Shown here: positions 1 through 8,470 of the stretch, piece by piece
How the letters are laid out: each line of letters begins with the position of its first letter
How positions within the stretch are numbered: position 1 is the first letter of the stretch
Source of the DNA: Minisyncoccia bacterium
GTDB lineage: Bacteria; Patescibacteriota; Minisyncoccia; UBA6257
DNA length: 54,184 bases
Reading direction: 5' to 3'
Assembly: GCA_049699995.1 (NCBI GenBank)
Contig: JBNAWD010000038.1
Location: 1-54,184 of the forward strand
The notes under the pieces: model-generated
Told to the model about the DNA's origin: nothing
Seen by the model: the letters and a program-made list of their open reading frames with translations, nothing else
The model's database searches: none
Position numbers and translations under genes: made by a program

Positions 1-1216
1 ATTCGTAGCGAAGGGCGTCAATAGGATTTAAGTTAGCGGCTTTTTTGGCAGGATAATAACCAAAAACAATACCAATAAAAGCGGAAACACCAAAAGCTAA
101 AATAATAGATTGAGGAGAAATATAAGTAGCGATATTGATAAAACGAGAAATTAAAACAGAAATTAACCAGCCCAAAAAAATACCAATAATTCCGCCAGAG
201 GAAGTTAAAATAATTGATTCAGCCAAAAATTGAAAAGTAATATCTTGTTTCTTGGCGCCTATTGCTTTTCGAATACCAATTTCTCTTGTTCTTTCTGTCA
301 CAGTTGTTAACATCATATTCATAATGCCAATCCCGCCAACTAAAAGAGAAATACCGGCGATGGCGGATAAAAACAAGGTAAATGTGCCGGTAATCTGATT
401 TAAAGTCGATAAAATATCGGCTTGAGAAATAATAGAGAAATCGGGATTTTCCGGATCAACTTTATGTTTATTTGAGAGATTTAAAATAACCATTTCTTTT
501 ACTTTATCAATTTGATCTTTATTCTCAACATTAAAAATAATGGAAGAAAGATATTGGGAACCTGTAAAAAGTTTTTGCATTGTTTGGAAAGGAATAAAGA
601 TAGTATCATCAAAATTAAAAAAACTAGTTCCTCCTTTTTCCTCTAAAACACCGATGACTTTAAAATTTATTTTATTTATTCTAATGGTTGAACCGACGGC
701 TTCACTTTCACCGAAAAGGTCATTTTTAACCGTTGCCCCCAAAACCGCCACTTTAGCCAAACTTTTATTTTGCGCTTCAGTAAAATAAGAACCGCTTAAA
801 AGATTCAAATTTCTTAAATAAAAATAATCAGGCAAAATCCCTATCACAGAGGCATTAGTGTTTGTGCCGTTGGGGGCTACTATCTGAAATCTTCTTTGAG
901 TTTCTGGAGAAACATATTTGACTCCTTCAGTATTTTTAATCACTTCAATATCTTCATTTTTTAAAGATAAAGCCGAACCTCGACCGGAAGAAATTAATCC
1001 CTGAGAAGACCGGCTAAAACCGGGATAAACAGTCAAAAGATTAGAGCCAAGACTTTCAATGTTAGATTGAATCATTTTTTGAGTCCCTTCCCCCAAAGAA
1101 ATCATAGCAATAACCGAGGCAATACCAATCACAATGCCTAAAATGGTTAAACCGGATCTCACCTTGTTGGATAAAATTGCCTTTTGCGATTCTTTTAATA
1201 AATCACTGATTAACAT
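1..1216 (-). CDS. ABC transporter permease, MacB/FtsX family (3' end runs off the window)
   Basis: A minus-strand ATG at 1216 lies 1 nt after the stop of the upstream ATPase gene, and the frame stays open to the window edge. My translation is MLISDLLKESQKAILSNKVRSGLTILGIVIGIASVIAMISLGEG...GYYPAKKAANLNPIDALRYE, typical MacB/FtsX N- and C-termini. It is absent from the ORF track because the stop lies outside the window. Confidence 0.85.
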   Translation of the reverse strand, partial: MLISDLLKESQKAILSNKVRSGLTILGIVIGIASVIAMISLGEGTQKMIQSNIESLGSNLLTVYPGFSRSSQGLISSGRGSALSLKNEDIEVIKNTEGVKYVSPETQRRFQIVAPNGTNTNASVIGILPDYFYLRNLNLLSGSYFTEAQNKSLAKVAVLGATVKNDLFGESEAVGSTIRINKINFKVIGVLEEKGGTSFFNFDDTIFIPFQTMQKLFTGSQYLSSIIFNVENKDQIDKVKEMVILNLSNKHKVDPENPDFSIISQADILSTLNQITGTFTLFLSAIAGISLLVGGIGIMNMMLTTVTERTREIGIRKAIGAKKQDITFQFLAESIILTSSGGIIGIFLGWLISVLISRFINIATYISPQSIILAFGVSAFIGIVFGYYPAKKAANLNPIDALRYE

Positions 1217-1217
1217 T

Positions 1218-1937
1218 TTATTCTTTTATTTTTTTAGTTTCTTCTGAATGGGAAGAATTAAAAACGTCTTCAATAATTTGGCCGTCTTTTATGGCGATAA
1301 TTCTTTTACATTTTTGGGCGATGTATTTTTCATGAGTAATCAAAATAATGGTTTTTCCTTTGGCGTTTAACTCCTCAAAAGTAGCTAAAATTTCATCGCC
1401 TGTTTTGCTATCTAAATTACCAGTTGGTTCGTCCGCTAAAATAATCTCTGGATTAGTCACCAATGCCCGAGCGATAGCCACTCTTTGTTGTAAACCACCG
1501 GATAATTGATTGGGCAAATAATGATATAAATTTTCCGGAAAGGCTGCCATTTTTAACGCTTCTTTTGCTCTCTCTATCCTCTCTTTAGGTTTTATATTTT
1601 GATAAATCAAAGGTAAAGTTACATTCTCTAAAGCGTTAACTCTAGGCAAAAGATAAAAAGATTGAAAAACAAAACCTATTTTTTTATTTCTTACTTCGGC
1701 TAATTCATTGTCGGAAAGGCGAGAAACATCTATTCCTTCTAAAAAATATTGACCAGAGGTGGGAACATCTAAACAACCAAGAATATGCATTAAAGTTGAT
1801 TTCCCTGAACCGGAAGGACCAATAATAGCCACTAGTTCTCCTTTTTCTATTTTTAAAAAGACGCCCCTTAAAGCGACTGTCTCCAAAGAATCATTTTTAT
1901 AGATTTTGGAGATATTGTTACATTCGATTAAACTCAT
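1218..1937 (-). CDS. ABC transporter ATP-binding protein (MacB/LolD-type)
   Basis: It has Walker [10 protein letters not shown], the ABC signature LSGGLQQR and Walker B ILADEPT. It sits between the adaptor and permease genes. Confidence 0.95.
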   Translation of the reverse strand: MSLIECNNISKIYKNDSLETVALRGVFLKIEKGELVAIIGPSGSGKSTLMHILGCLDVPTSGQYFLEGIDVSRLSDNELAEVRNKKIGFVFQSFYLLPRVNALENVTLPLIYQNIKPKERIERAKEALKMAAFPENLYHYLPNQLSGGLQQRVAIARALVTNPEIILADEPTGNLDSKTGDEILATFEELNAKGKTIILITHEKYIAQKCKRIIAIKDGQIIEDVFNSSHSEETKKIKE

Positions 1938-1942
1938 AAAAA

Positions 1943-3616
1943 TTATCTTAATGGCTGAAACTGAAATTGAGGATTAAAATTTGTTCTTTGATTCATAAAA
2001 GAATTGCTTTGAGTAGTGTTTTTATTAGAAGATGTCGAAACAGTAGAAAGAATAATATAATCCCCTTCCTTCAATCCTTCTATAATTTCTGTCATTAAAT
2101 CGTTAGAAGATCCTGTTTTAATAAACCTTCGGGCAGGCTGATTTTTTAAAGTAATACCACTTTTTAAATCTTTTTGATCCAAGTTAATATTTTCTACTAC
2201 TTCCACATATTTTCTCTCGCCAATAGTCTTAATAGCTGAATTTGGAACAACTAAAACATTTTCTTTTTCTTCGACAATAATTTCAATATTGACACTCATT
2301 GAAGGTTTAATATTTTCGTTATCTTCATCCAATTCTACTTTTACATTATAAGAAACTACACCTTGGGATTCAGTGCCAATCGGATCAATTTCTATTACTT
2401 TTCCCGAGATAATTAAATTAGGCAAAGCATCAAAAGTTAATTTTGCTTTTTGGCCTATTTTTATTTTCACCGCATCGATTTCGTTAAAAGAAACTTCGGC
2501 TATTTTTTGATGAGTAATTAGTTTGGCCACAGTTAATTGGCTGGAAACGGTGTCTCCCTTTTTCACATTAATATTGGAAATAATTCCATCAAAAGGAGCA
2601 TAAAGATAATAGTTTTTTAATTCGTCTTTGGCTTCCTTTAAATCTTCTTTTTTCTTTTCTAAAGATATTTCTAATTCTTTAATATCGTAAGGATAATTAT
2701 TTTGAGCGCCTTCCTTATAAGAAGTGATATTTTTGGAAACGCTTAAAATAGTCGAAAGATTGGCATTAATAGCTGAAGAAAGATTATTAAAAGTTGTTTT
2801 ATCAGTAGAAATATTTCTAATAGAAACTAAGGGAACTAAATTATAATCAGAAAGAACAGTAGAATAACGAGAAATAAGTTGATAACTAAAACGAGCAGTA
2901 TCATCTAATATTTTGATATCATTTAAAACAAGATTTAAAGTTGATTCAATTTCATCTAAAGAAGAATTAGAATTTAATTTCAAAATCTGGCTACTTTTTG
3001 AGTAATAATCATTTTTAAGAAGAGTGTAATTTTCTTCCAATGTTTTTTTATAGTCAATGTCCTGAGGGTAATAAAAATTAACAATAGAAGCGTAATATTG
3101 GTATAAGTAATCGGCATTCACGCGATAAGAAGAAATGTCAACTTTAAAAATTTCATCAAAATCATTAAGAAAATCTTTCCAGTTAGTTAATATTTCCGTC
3201 AAACTAGTAATCGCTTGATTTTTAAGAGTTTTTTCATCAATAATGGTCGTTTGCTTGGCTTTGGCTAAAGCCACTTGGGCTGATTCAACGTCCAATTCTA
3301 AATCTTTTATTTTTCTTTCTTGATCTGAAGAGTCTATTTTTAAAAGAAGATCTCCTTTTTTCACTTTTTGCCCATTGTAAAGATTTAAATAAACAACTTC
3401 GCCGGAAGTTTTTGTTTTTAACTCAATTTCGTCAAGCGGTGCAATAACGCCAGACTGAGAAACAGTAACAGATAAATTATCCCTTTTGACTTGAGCTAAA
3501 ATATAACGATTCGAAACGCTCTTATTGTTATAATTTTTATAAAAAAGAAAAGCCATTATCGCTAAAAACGAGACAAAAATGATCAATAATTTTTTGTTTT
3601 TAAATATTTTTTTCAT
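1943..3616 (-). CDS. Efflux periplasmic adaptor (HlyD/MacA membrane-fusion family) with a long coiled-coil insertion
   Basis: It has an N-terminal TM anchor, lipoyl-like hairpin motifs (GEVVYLNLYNGQKVKKGDLLLKIDS and GIISNINVKKGDTV) and a long central helical region. It lies in an operon with the ABC ATPase and permease. Confidence 0.8.
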   Translation of the reverse strand: MKKIFKNKKLLIIFVSFLAIMAFLFYKNYNNKSVSNRYILAQVKRDNLSVTVSQSGVIAPLDEIELKTKTSGEVVYLNLYNGQKVKKGDLLLKIDSSDQERKIKDLELDVESAQVALAKAKQTTIIDEKTLKNQAITSLTEILTNWKDFLNDFDEIFKVDISSYRVNADYLYQYYASIVNFYYPQDIDYKKTLEENYTLLKNDYYSKSSQILKLNSNSSLDEIESTLNLVLNDIKILDDTARFSYQLISRYSTVLSDYNLVPLVSIRNISTDKTTFNNLSSAINANLSTILSVSKNITSYKEGAQNNYPYDIKELEISLEKKKEDLKEAKDELKNYYLYAPFDGIISNINVKKGDTVSSQLTVAKLITHQKIAEVSFNEIDAVKIKIGQKAKLTFDALPNLIISGKVIEIDPIGTESQGVVSYNVKVELDEDNENIKPSMSVNIEIIVEEKENVLVVPNSAIKTIGERKYVEVVENINLDQKDLKSGITLKNQPARRFIKTGSSNDLMTEIIEGLKEGDYIILSTVSTSSNKNTTQSNSFMNQRTNFNPQFQFQPLR

Positions 3617-3620
3617 ATTT

Positions 3621-4124
3621 TTAATTATTCAAAGGAGGAAAAACTCGAATAAATTTTGCCAATATTTGACCGTTTTCCAAGGGACGACCAATAACCATTA
3701 CCATTTCCCCTTCTTTTAAATCAGATTGTTTAATATTTTCTCTAAATCGAGTGATAATAGTTTTTTCATCGATTTTAATCACTTTTTCAATGTTATCTTT
3801 ATCCTTAATAACAACTTCGGAACTATTAATGTCGTTTTTTAAAATTGTTCCAAAAATCCCATGATGATTCAAAAAATCATCTTTTAAAAAATCCGGTTTT
3901 AAAGGAAAAAATCCTTTTTTGGGACCGGCAAAATTTCTTTGGTAAGCCCTAAACCAGTCAAAAGCAAAATGCGCTTTTCTTTCTCCTATCTTTATTCCCG
4001 CCAAAAATACGAAAAGAATTAAAATTAAAAAACCAAGGAAAAAAACCATTTTCTTAAAAAGATCCTCATTTTTGCAAAGACATTTATTTTCTTTTTTGAT
4101 TACCTCTTGATTTTTTTCTTCCAT
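3621..4124 (-). CDS. Hypothetical membrane-anchored protein
   Basis: The 167-aa ORF has one TM segment (FFLGFLILILFVFLAGI). It is tightly packed between the candidate anti-sigma gene and the adaptor gene. I recognise no family. Confidence 0.5.
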   Translation of the reverse strand: MEEKNQEVIKKENKCLCKNEDLFKKMVFFLGFLILILFVFLAGIKIGERKAHFAFDWFRAYQRNFAGPKKGFFPLKPDFLKDDFLNHHGIFGTILKNDINSSEVVIKDKDNIEKVIKIDEKTIITRFRENIKQSDLKEGEMVMVIGRPLENGQILAKFIRVFPPLNN

Positions 4125-4131
4125 AAATTTA

Positions 4132-4548
4132 TTAATTAAACTTTAATTTTTTTATTAAACCTTGATAAGCGATATTTTTCAAAAAATAATGAATCGACAA
4201 AAAAATGAAGAAAAGATTAATTAAAACAAATAAAAAAGTGTTTAAAGGGAAAAAATCAATAAAGGCATAAAAGAATTCTCTCTGAAAAATCAAAAAAATT
4301 TTCTTTTGAAGGAATAAACCAAACATTGTTTTTAAGAAATACAATAATCCGCTATTTTTTATTTCTTCTAAAAATAAAGGCCAAGAGTAAGGAAGGCTAA
4401 TTAAAGAAAAGAAAAAGAATCCCCCAAAAAATCCAACAGCTTTTCTTCTTTCCTTCTTTATTTTCTCCTTTTCCACCATAAATAGTATCTTTTCTTTAAG
4501 ATGGGAAGGCGGTTCTTTGGCCAATAAGATAAAAGGGTTCTTTTTCAT
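4132..4548 (-). CDS. Hypothetical polytopic membrane protein, candidate anti-sigma factor by position
   Basis: The 138-aa ORF starts 47 nt downstream of the ECF sigma gene and has several hydrophobic segments. The anti-sigma role is inferred from position only. Confidence 0.45.
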   Translation of the reverse strand: MKKNPFILLAKEPPSHLKEKILFMVEKEKIKKERRKAVGFFGGFFFFSLISLPYSWPLFLEEIKNSGLLYFLKTMFGLFLQKKIFLIFQREFFYAFIDFFPLNTFLFVLINLFFIFLSIHYFLKNIAYQGLIKKLKFN

Positions 4549-4595
4549 TTTCTTCTAATAATTAATACGAACGAAAAAGAAATTTTGGTGCGAGA

Positions 4596-5168
4596 TTAAA
4601 TTAAATCTTGAGGGAGAATTTCTTTTAAAAGCCTTAGGGCTCGAAAATGCCAAGATTTAACTGTATTTAATGGTTTTTGAAAAATTTCGGAAATTTCTTG
4701 AAAAGTTAAATGGTCATTATAGCGGAGAAATAAAACCATTTGATAATTTAAAGGTAATTTTTTTAACGCCTCCTCTAAAATTTTTTGATTAAAATCTTGA
4801 TTGACTATTTCTTCTAATGAAAGACTTTTTGAAATTATTTTTTCTTCATAGACCTCTTTATCCTCAGAAAAAGAGTTTATAAAAGAAAAGGGAGTTTCTT
4901 TTTTCTTCTTAAAGAAATCAATAACAGTATTTTTGGCAATAGTGAAAAGCCAGGTTTTAAAATTCTTCTTTCGATTAAATTTTCTTAAATTTTTCCAAGC
5001 TTTAATAAAAGTTTCCTCAGTTAAATCCTCTGTCTCGGCAGAACCATTAGTTAAGCGATAAATAAAATTATAAACCGGCTTTAAATAGCGCGAAACCAAT
5101 ATTTCTAAAGCCTCTTCCTTGTCTTGAAAATATAAACTTATTAGCTCTTCATCTTTCAGATTTTCCAT
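4596..5168 (-). CDS. ECF-type sigma-70 family RNA polymerase sigma factor
   Basis: It has a region 2 pattern (EDLTEETFIKAWKNLRKF...TWLFTIAKNTVIDFF) and a region 4 helix-turn-helix (LTFQEISEIFQKPLNTVKSWHFRALRLLKE). Confidence 0.85.
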   Translation of the reverse strand: MENLKDEELISLYFQDKEEALEILVSRYLKPVYNFIYRLTNGSAETEDLTEETFIKAWKNLRKFNRKKNFKTWLFTIAKNTVIDFFKKKKETPFSFINSFSEDKEVYEEKIISKSLSLEEIVNQDFNQKILEEALKKLPLNYQMVLFLRYNDHLTFQEISEIFQKPLNTVKSWHFRALRLLKEILPQDLI

Positions 5169-5209
5169 AAATAGCTTTTAATTATATCAAAAAAGATTGA
5201 ACAAAACAA

Positions 5210-5239
5210 TTGACTTTTATTAGAAAAAAATTCTAAAAT
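5210..5239 (+). promoter_or_regulatory. Candidate sigma-70 promoter for ackA (TTGACT-18-TAAAAT)
   Basis: TTGACT lies at 5210-5215 and TAAAAT at 5234-5239, 24 nt upstream of the ackA ATG. Confidence 0.3.
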
Positions 5240-5263
5240 AAAGAGAGAAATTAAAAATATAAT

Positions 5264-6382
5264 ATGAACACTCCCTTAATTTTAGTTTTAAACTCCGGCT
5301 CCTCTTCTTTAAAATATTCTCTTTTTAAAAATGGAGAAAAAATTTTCGATGGACTGAAAGAAAACATTGGATTAAAAACTGGCGAAAAAAATCATCAAAT
5401 TGCTTTAGAGAAAACCTTTAAAGAAATCCAAGAAAAAGGAATAGTGAAAAGCCTAAAAGAGATTAAATACATCGGTCATCGAGTAGTCCATGGAGGAGAA
5501 ATTTTTAAAAAAACTACCCTTATTAATAGTAAGAATTTAGAAAAATTAAAAAGTATTTCTTTTTTGGCTCCGTTACATAATCCTTTTAATGTTCTAGGAA
5601 TAGAATTTTGTTTGAAAAATTTACCTTGGGCAAAAAATTATGCTGTTTTTGATACCGAATTTTATTCCTCTTTAAAAGAAGAGGCTTATTTATATGCTCT
5701 TCCTGATGAGTTTTATCGGAAATATAAGATTAGAAGATATGGTTTTCATGGAATTTCCCACAATTATGTATCATTGATGGCAGAAAAAATTTTAAAAAAG
5801 AAAATAAAAAAATTAATTACTTGCCATTTGGGAGCGGGAAGTTCAATCACAGCCATTTTAAATGGTCAGCCGATTGATACTTCGATGGGTTTTACTCCTT
5901 TGGAAGGATTAATTATGGAAACTCGTTGCGGAAATATTGATCCTTCTATTCCCCTTTATTTAATTTCTAACTATAATTTTAAAGCGGAAGAATTGGACAA
6001 AATCTTAAACAAACAATCAGGGTTTATCGGAATTTGTGGCTTAAGAGATTTTCGAGAAATTTTAAAAATGGAAACAGAAAAAGCAAAATTGTGTTATCAA
6101 ATGTATTTAAGAAGCGTAGTAAAATATATTGGAGCTTATATTAGTCTTTTAAATGGCGTTGAAGCTATTGTTTTTACTGCCGGGATTGGCGAGGGTTCGG
6201 CAAAATTCAGGGAAGATGTTTTAAAGCATTTTCAATATTTAGGGATTAAAATTGATAAAAAGAAAAATTATGGCCAAAAAAATATAATTTCCAAAAAAGA
6301 TTCAAAAGTAAAGGTATTGGTTATTCATACCGATGAAGCCTTGATGGTTTGCCAAAAAATTTTAAACCTCATTAAAAAATAA
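5264..6382 (+). CDS. ackA: Acetate kinase
   Basis: The motifs are LVLNSGSSSLKYSLF, GHRVVHGG, YGFHGISH and FTAGIGE. Confidence 0.95.
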   Translation: MNTPLILVLNSGSSSLKYSLFKNGEKIFDGLKENIGLKTGEKNHQIALEKTFKEIQEKGIVKSLKEIKYIGHRVVHGGEIFKKTTLINSKNLEKLKSISFLAPLHNPFNVLGIEFCLKNLPWAKNYAVFDTEFYSSLKEEAYLYALPDEFYRKYKIRRYGFHGISHNYVSLMAEKILKKKIKKLITCHLGAGSSITAILNGQPIDTSMGFTPLEGLIMETRCGNIDPSIPLYLISNYNFKAEELDKILNKQSGFIGICGLRDFREILKMETEKAKLCYQMYLRSVVKYIGAYISLLNGVEAIVFTAGIGEGSAKFREDVLKHFQYLGIKIDKKKNYGQKNIISKKDSKVKVLVIHTDEALMVCQKILNLIKK

Positions 6383-6393
6383 TTCAAAAAACA

Positions 6394-7392
6394 ATGAATA
6401 TAATTGAAAATATTGAAAAAGAATTATTATCTTCTTCTCCCTTAAAAATAATCTTTCCAGAAGGCGAAGAAGAAAGAATATTAAAAGCAATCAAAGAAAT
6501 AGTTTCTCAAAAAATCTGCCAACCAATCCTTATAGGAAAAAAAGAAAAAATTCTATCTAATTTAGACGAAGATTTAAAAGATAAAATAGAAATTATTGAA
6601 CCGGAAAAATCAGAAAAATTAGAAACATACGCAAAAATATTTTCAGAATCAGAAAAAATATCTTTAGAAATTGCCAAAAATATAATTCTTCATCCCCTCT
6701 TTTTTGGCGCCTTATCTTTAAAAAATAATGATGTTGATGGAATGATAGCGGGAGCTTTTTATACCTCCGGAGATGTTATTAGCGTAAGCAAAAAAATAAT
6801 TGGAATAAAGGAAGGATTTAAAATTGTTTCCAGTTTCTTTTTGATGACTAAAGAAAATTCGCCTTATGGAGAAAATGGTTCTTTAATTTTTGCTGATGCT
6901 TCAGTCAATATTAATCCAAATGAAGAAGAATTGGCAGAAATTGCTGTTATGACTGGTCAAACGGCAAAAACTCTTTTTCAATGGACACCAAGAATAGCCC
7001 TTCTATCTTTTTCCACCAAAGGAAGCGCTTCTCACCCTTTAGTTGATAAAGTAAAAAAAGCCACCGAATTAGCCAAACAAAAAAATCCAGATTTATTAAT
7101 TGATGGTGAATTACAAGGAGATGCTGCCTTAAGAATAGAAGTTGCCCAAAAGAAAATAAAAACCCCGTCAGAAGTAGCCGGCAAAGCCAATGTTTTAATT
7201 TTTCCCGATTTAAATTCAGCTAATATCTGTTATAAATTAGTTAATATTTTAGCCGAATACCAAGCCCTTGGCCCTATTCTCCAAGGCTTTCAAAAACCAA
7301 TCAGCGATCTCTCCCGGGGAGTTAAACCAGAAGAAATAGTCAATATTACAGCAATTATAAGTTATTGGGCAAAAAATTTAAACAAACAATGA
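6394..7392 (+). CDS. pta: Phosphate acetyltransferase (short Pta form)
   Basis: The motifs are LLSFSTKGSASHP, DGELQGDAAL and ANVLIFPDLNSANICYKL. It lies immediately downstream of ackA. Confidence 0.9.
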   Translation: MNIIENIEKELLSSSPLKIIFPEGEEERILKAIKEIVSQKICQPILIGKKEKILSNLDEDLKDKIEIIEPEKSEKLETYAKIFSESEKISLEIAKNIILHPLFFGALSLKNNDVDGMIAGAFYTSGDVISVSKKIIGIKEGFKIVSSFFLMTKENSPYGENGSLIFADASVNINPNEEELAEIAVMTGQTAKTLFQWTPRIALLSFSTKGSASHPLVDKVKKATELAKQKNPDLLIDGELQGDAALRIEVAQKKIKTPSEVAGKANVLIFPDLNSANICYKLVNILAEYQALGPILQGFQKPISDLSRGVKPEEIVNITAIISYWAKNLNKQ

Positions 7393-7784
7393 TTATAGGT
7401 GTTGGCATCGACCTGATAGAATTTCAGGATTTTTTAAGAATTTATAATTTTTTAAAAAACAGAAATCTTTTTAAATTTATTTTTTACAAGGAAGAATTAG
7501 TTTATATTCAAGACTATAAAAAATTAGCCGGGATTTGCGCTTTAAAAGAGGCAGTTTATAAAACAATATCTCCCTTTTTAAAAAGGGAGATATTGTTTAA
7601 AGACATTAAAATCATTAAGCTTGGAAAAGGACAAATTGTTGCCGAGATTCCGAAAGATTATTTTTTAAGAGATTACCAGAAGAAATTTTTTTTTAGAAAA
7701 AAATCAAAAATAAATTTCCATCTTTCTCTTTCTTATTCTCGAAATTCTGTCATTGCTATTTCGTTGGCAGAAATTAACCTTTAA
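7389..7784 (+). CDS. acpS: Holo-[acyl-carrier-protein] synthase (4'-phosphopantetheinyl transferase)
   Basis: It has the MIIGVGIDLIEF N-terminus typical of AcpS. I prefer the ATG at 7389, which forms an ATGA overlap with the pta stop, over the track start at 7365. Confidence 0.8.
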   Translation: MIIGVGIDLIEFQDFLRIYNFLKNRNLFKFIFYKEELVYIQDYKKLAGICALKEAVYKTISPFLKREILFKDIKIIKLGKGQIVAEIPKDYFLRDYQKKFFFRKKSKINFHLSLSYSRNSVIAISLAEINL

Positions 7785-8022
7785 GATTTTCCTCAATAAA
7801 ACTAACTAGATCTTTTATCGATTTTCCTCCTAAAACCTCTTCGGAGGGAATTTTTATTTTAAATTCTCCTTCTAATCCAGCCAATAAAGCAATAGTGTCC
7901 AAAGAACTGGCATGCAAATCTTCAACAAACTTTGTCTCTTCGGTAATCTCATTAATATCTTTCTTAAAAATTTCGGCAACAATTTGTTTAACCTTTTCCA
8001 ATGTGGATTTTTGTTCGGTCAT
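7774..8022 (-). CDS. Acyl carrier protein
   Basis: The 82-aa acidic four-helix-type sequence has the phosphopantetheine attachment context DLHASSLDTIALL. Its 3' end overlaps the acpS 3' end by 11 nt (convergent genes). Confidence 0.85.
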   Translation of the reverse strand: MTEQKSTLEKVKQIVAEIFKKDINEITEETKFVEDLHASSLDTIALLAGLEGEFKIKIPSEEVLGGKSIKDLVSFIEENLKG

Positions 8023-8049
8023 TTTTTTAAAATTTTACAATCTAGCCCT

Positions 8050-8445
8050 TTAAACCTTTTCAAAAACAACAATTTTTACCCCTTCAACCTCTTCGATTTT
8101 AGCGCGAACTTCTATTGGCATATTCTCGTTTCCTTTTCTGATAGCTTCAGGAGAAGAAACATCTACTCCTTCTATTTTAGTCAAGAAACAAGGTCCTTCT
8201 TCCAACTGAACAATGCCATAAGGAATCGGAGCATATTTAGTAAACTGTTTAGCAGGTAAAATGGTGCTGGAATACATTATTGCTTTCCCTTTACCAGAAA
8301 TTTCTTGCCATTGGATATTCCGACTATTACACTTTCGGCAAACAGTTAAAGGAGGAAAAGTAAGCGCTCCGCAGTCTAAACACTTGGCAATCATAATTTT
8401 CCCTTGGGCTAAATTGTCATACCATTTTTTGGCAATTGGCTCCAT
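8050..8445 (-). CDS. DUF35-family Zn-ribbon/OB-fold protein (thiolase partner)
   Basis: It has a C4 ribbon (CLDCG...CRKC) followed by an OB-fold-like C-terminus. I prefer the start MEPIAKKWY at 8445. The track ORF start at 8538 would overlap the thiolase gene by 68 nt. Confidence 0.8.
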   Translation of the reverse strand: MEPIAKKWYDNLAQGKIMIAKCLDCGALTFPPLTVCRKCNSRNIQWQEISGKGKAIMYSSTILPAKQFTKYAPIPYGIVQLEEGPCFLTKIEGVDVSSPEAIRKGNENMPIEVRAKIEEVEGVKIVVFEKV

Positions 8446-8470
8446 GTTTTTTATTTTATTATTTTTTAAT

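Noticed and set aside
540-788. An 82-aa plus-strand ORF inside the MacB-type permease gene.
   Set aside because: It lies antisense to a well-supported permease reading frame and its sequence is low-complexity. It is a typical shadow ORF.
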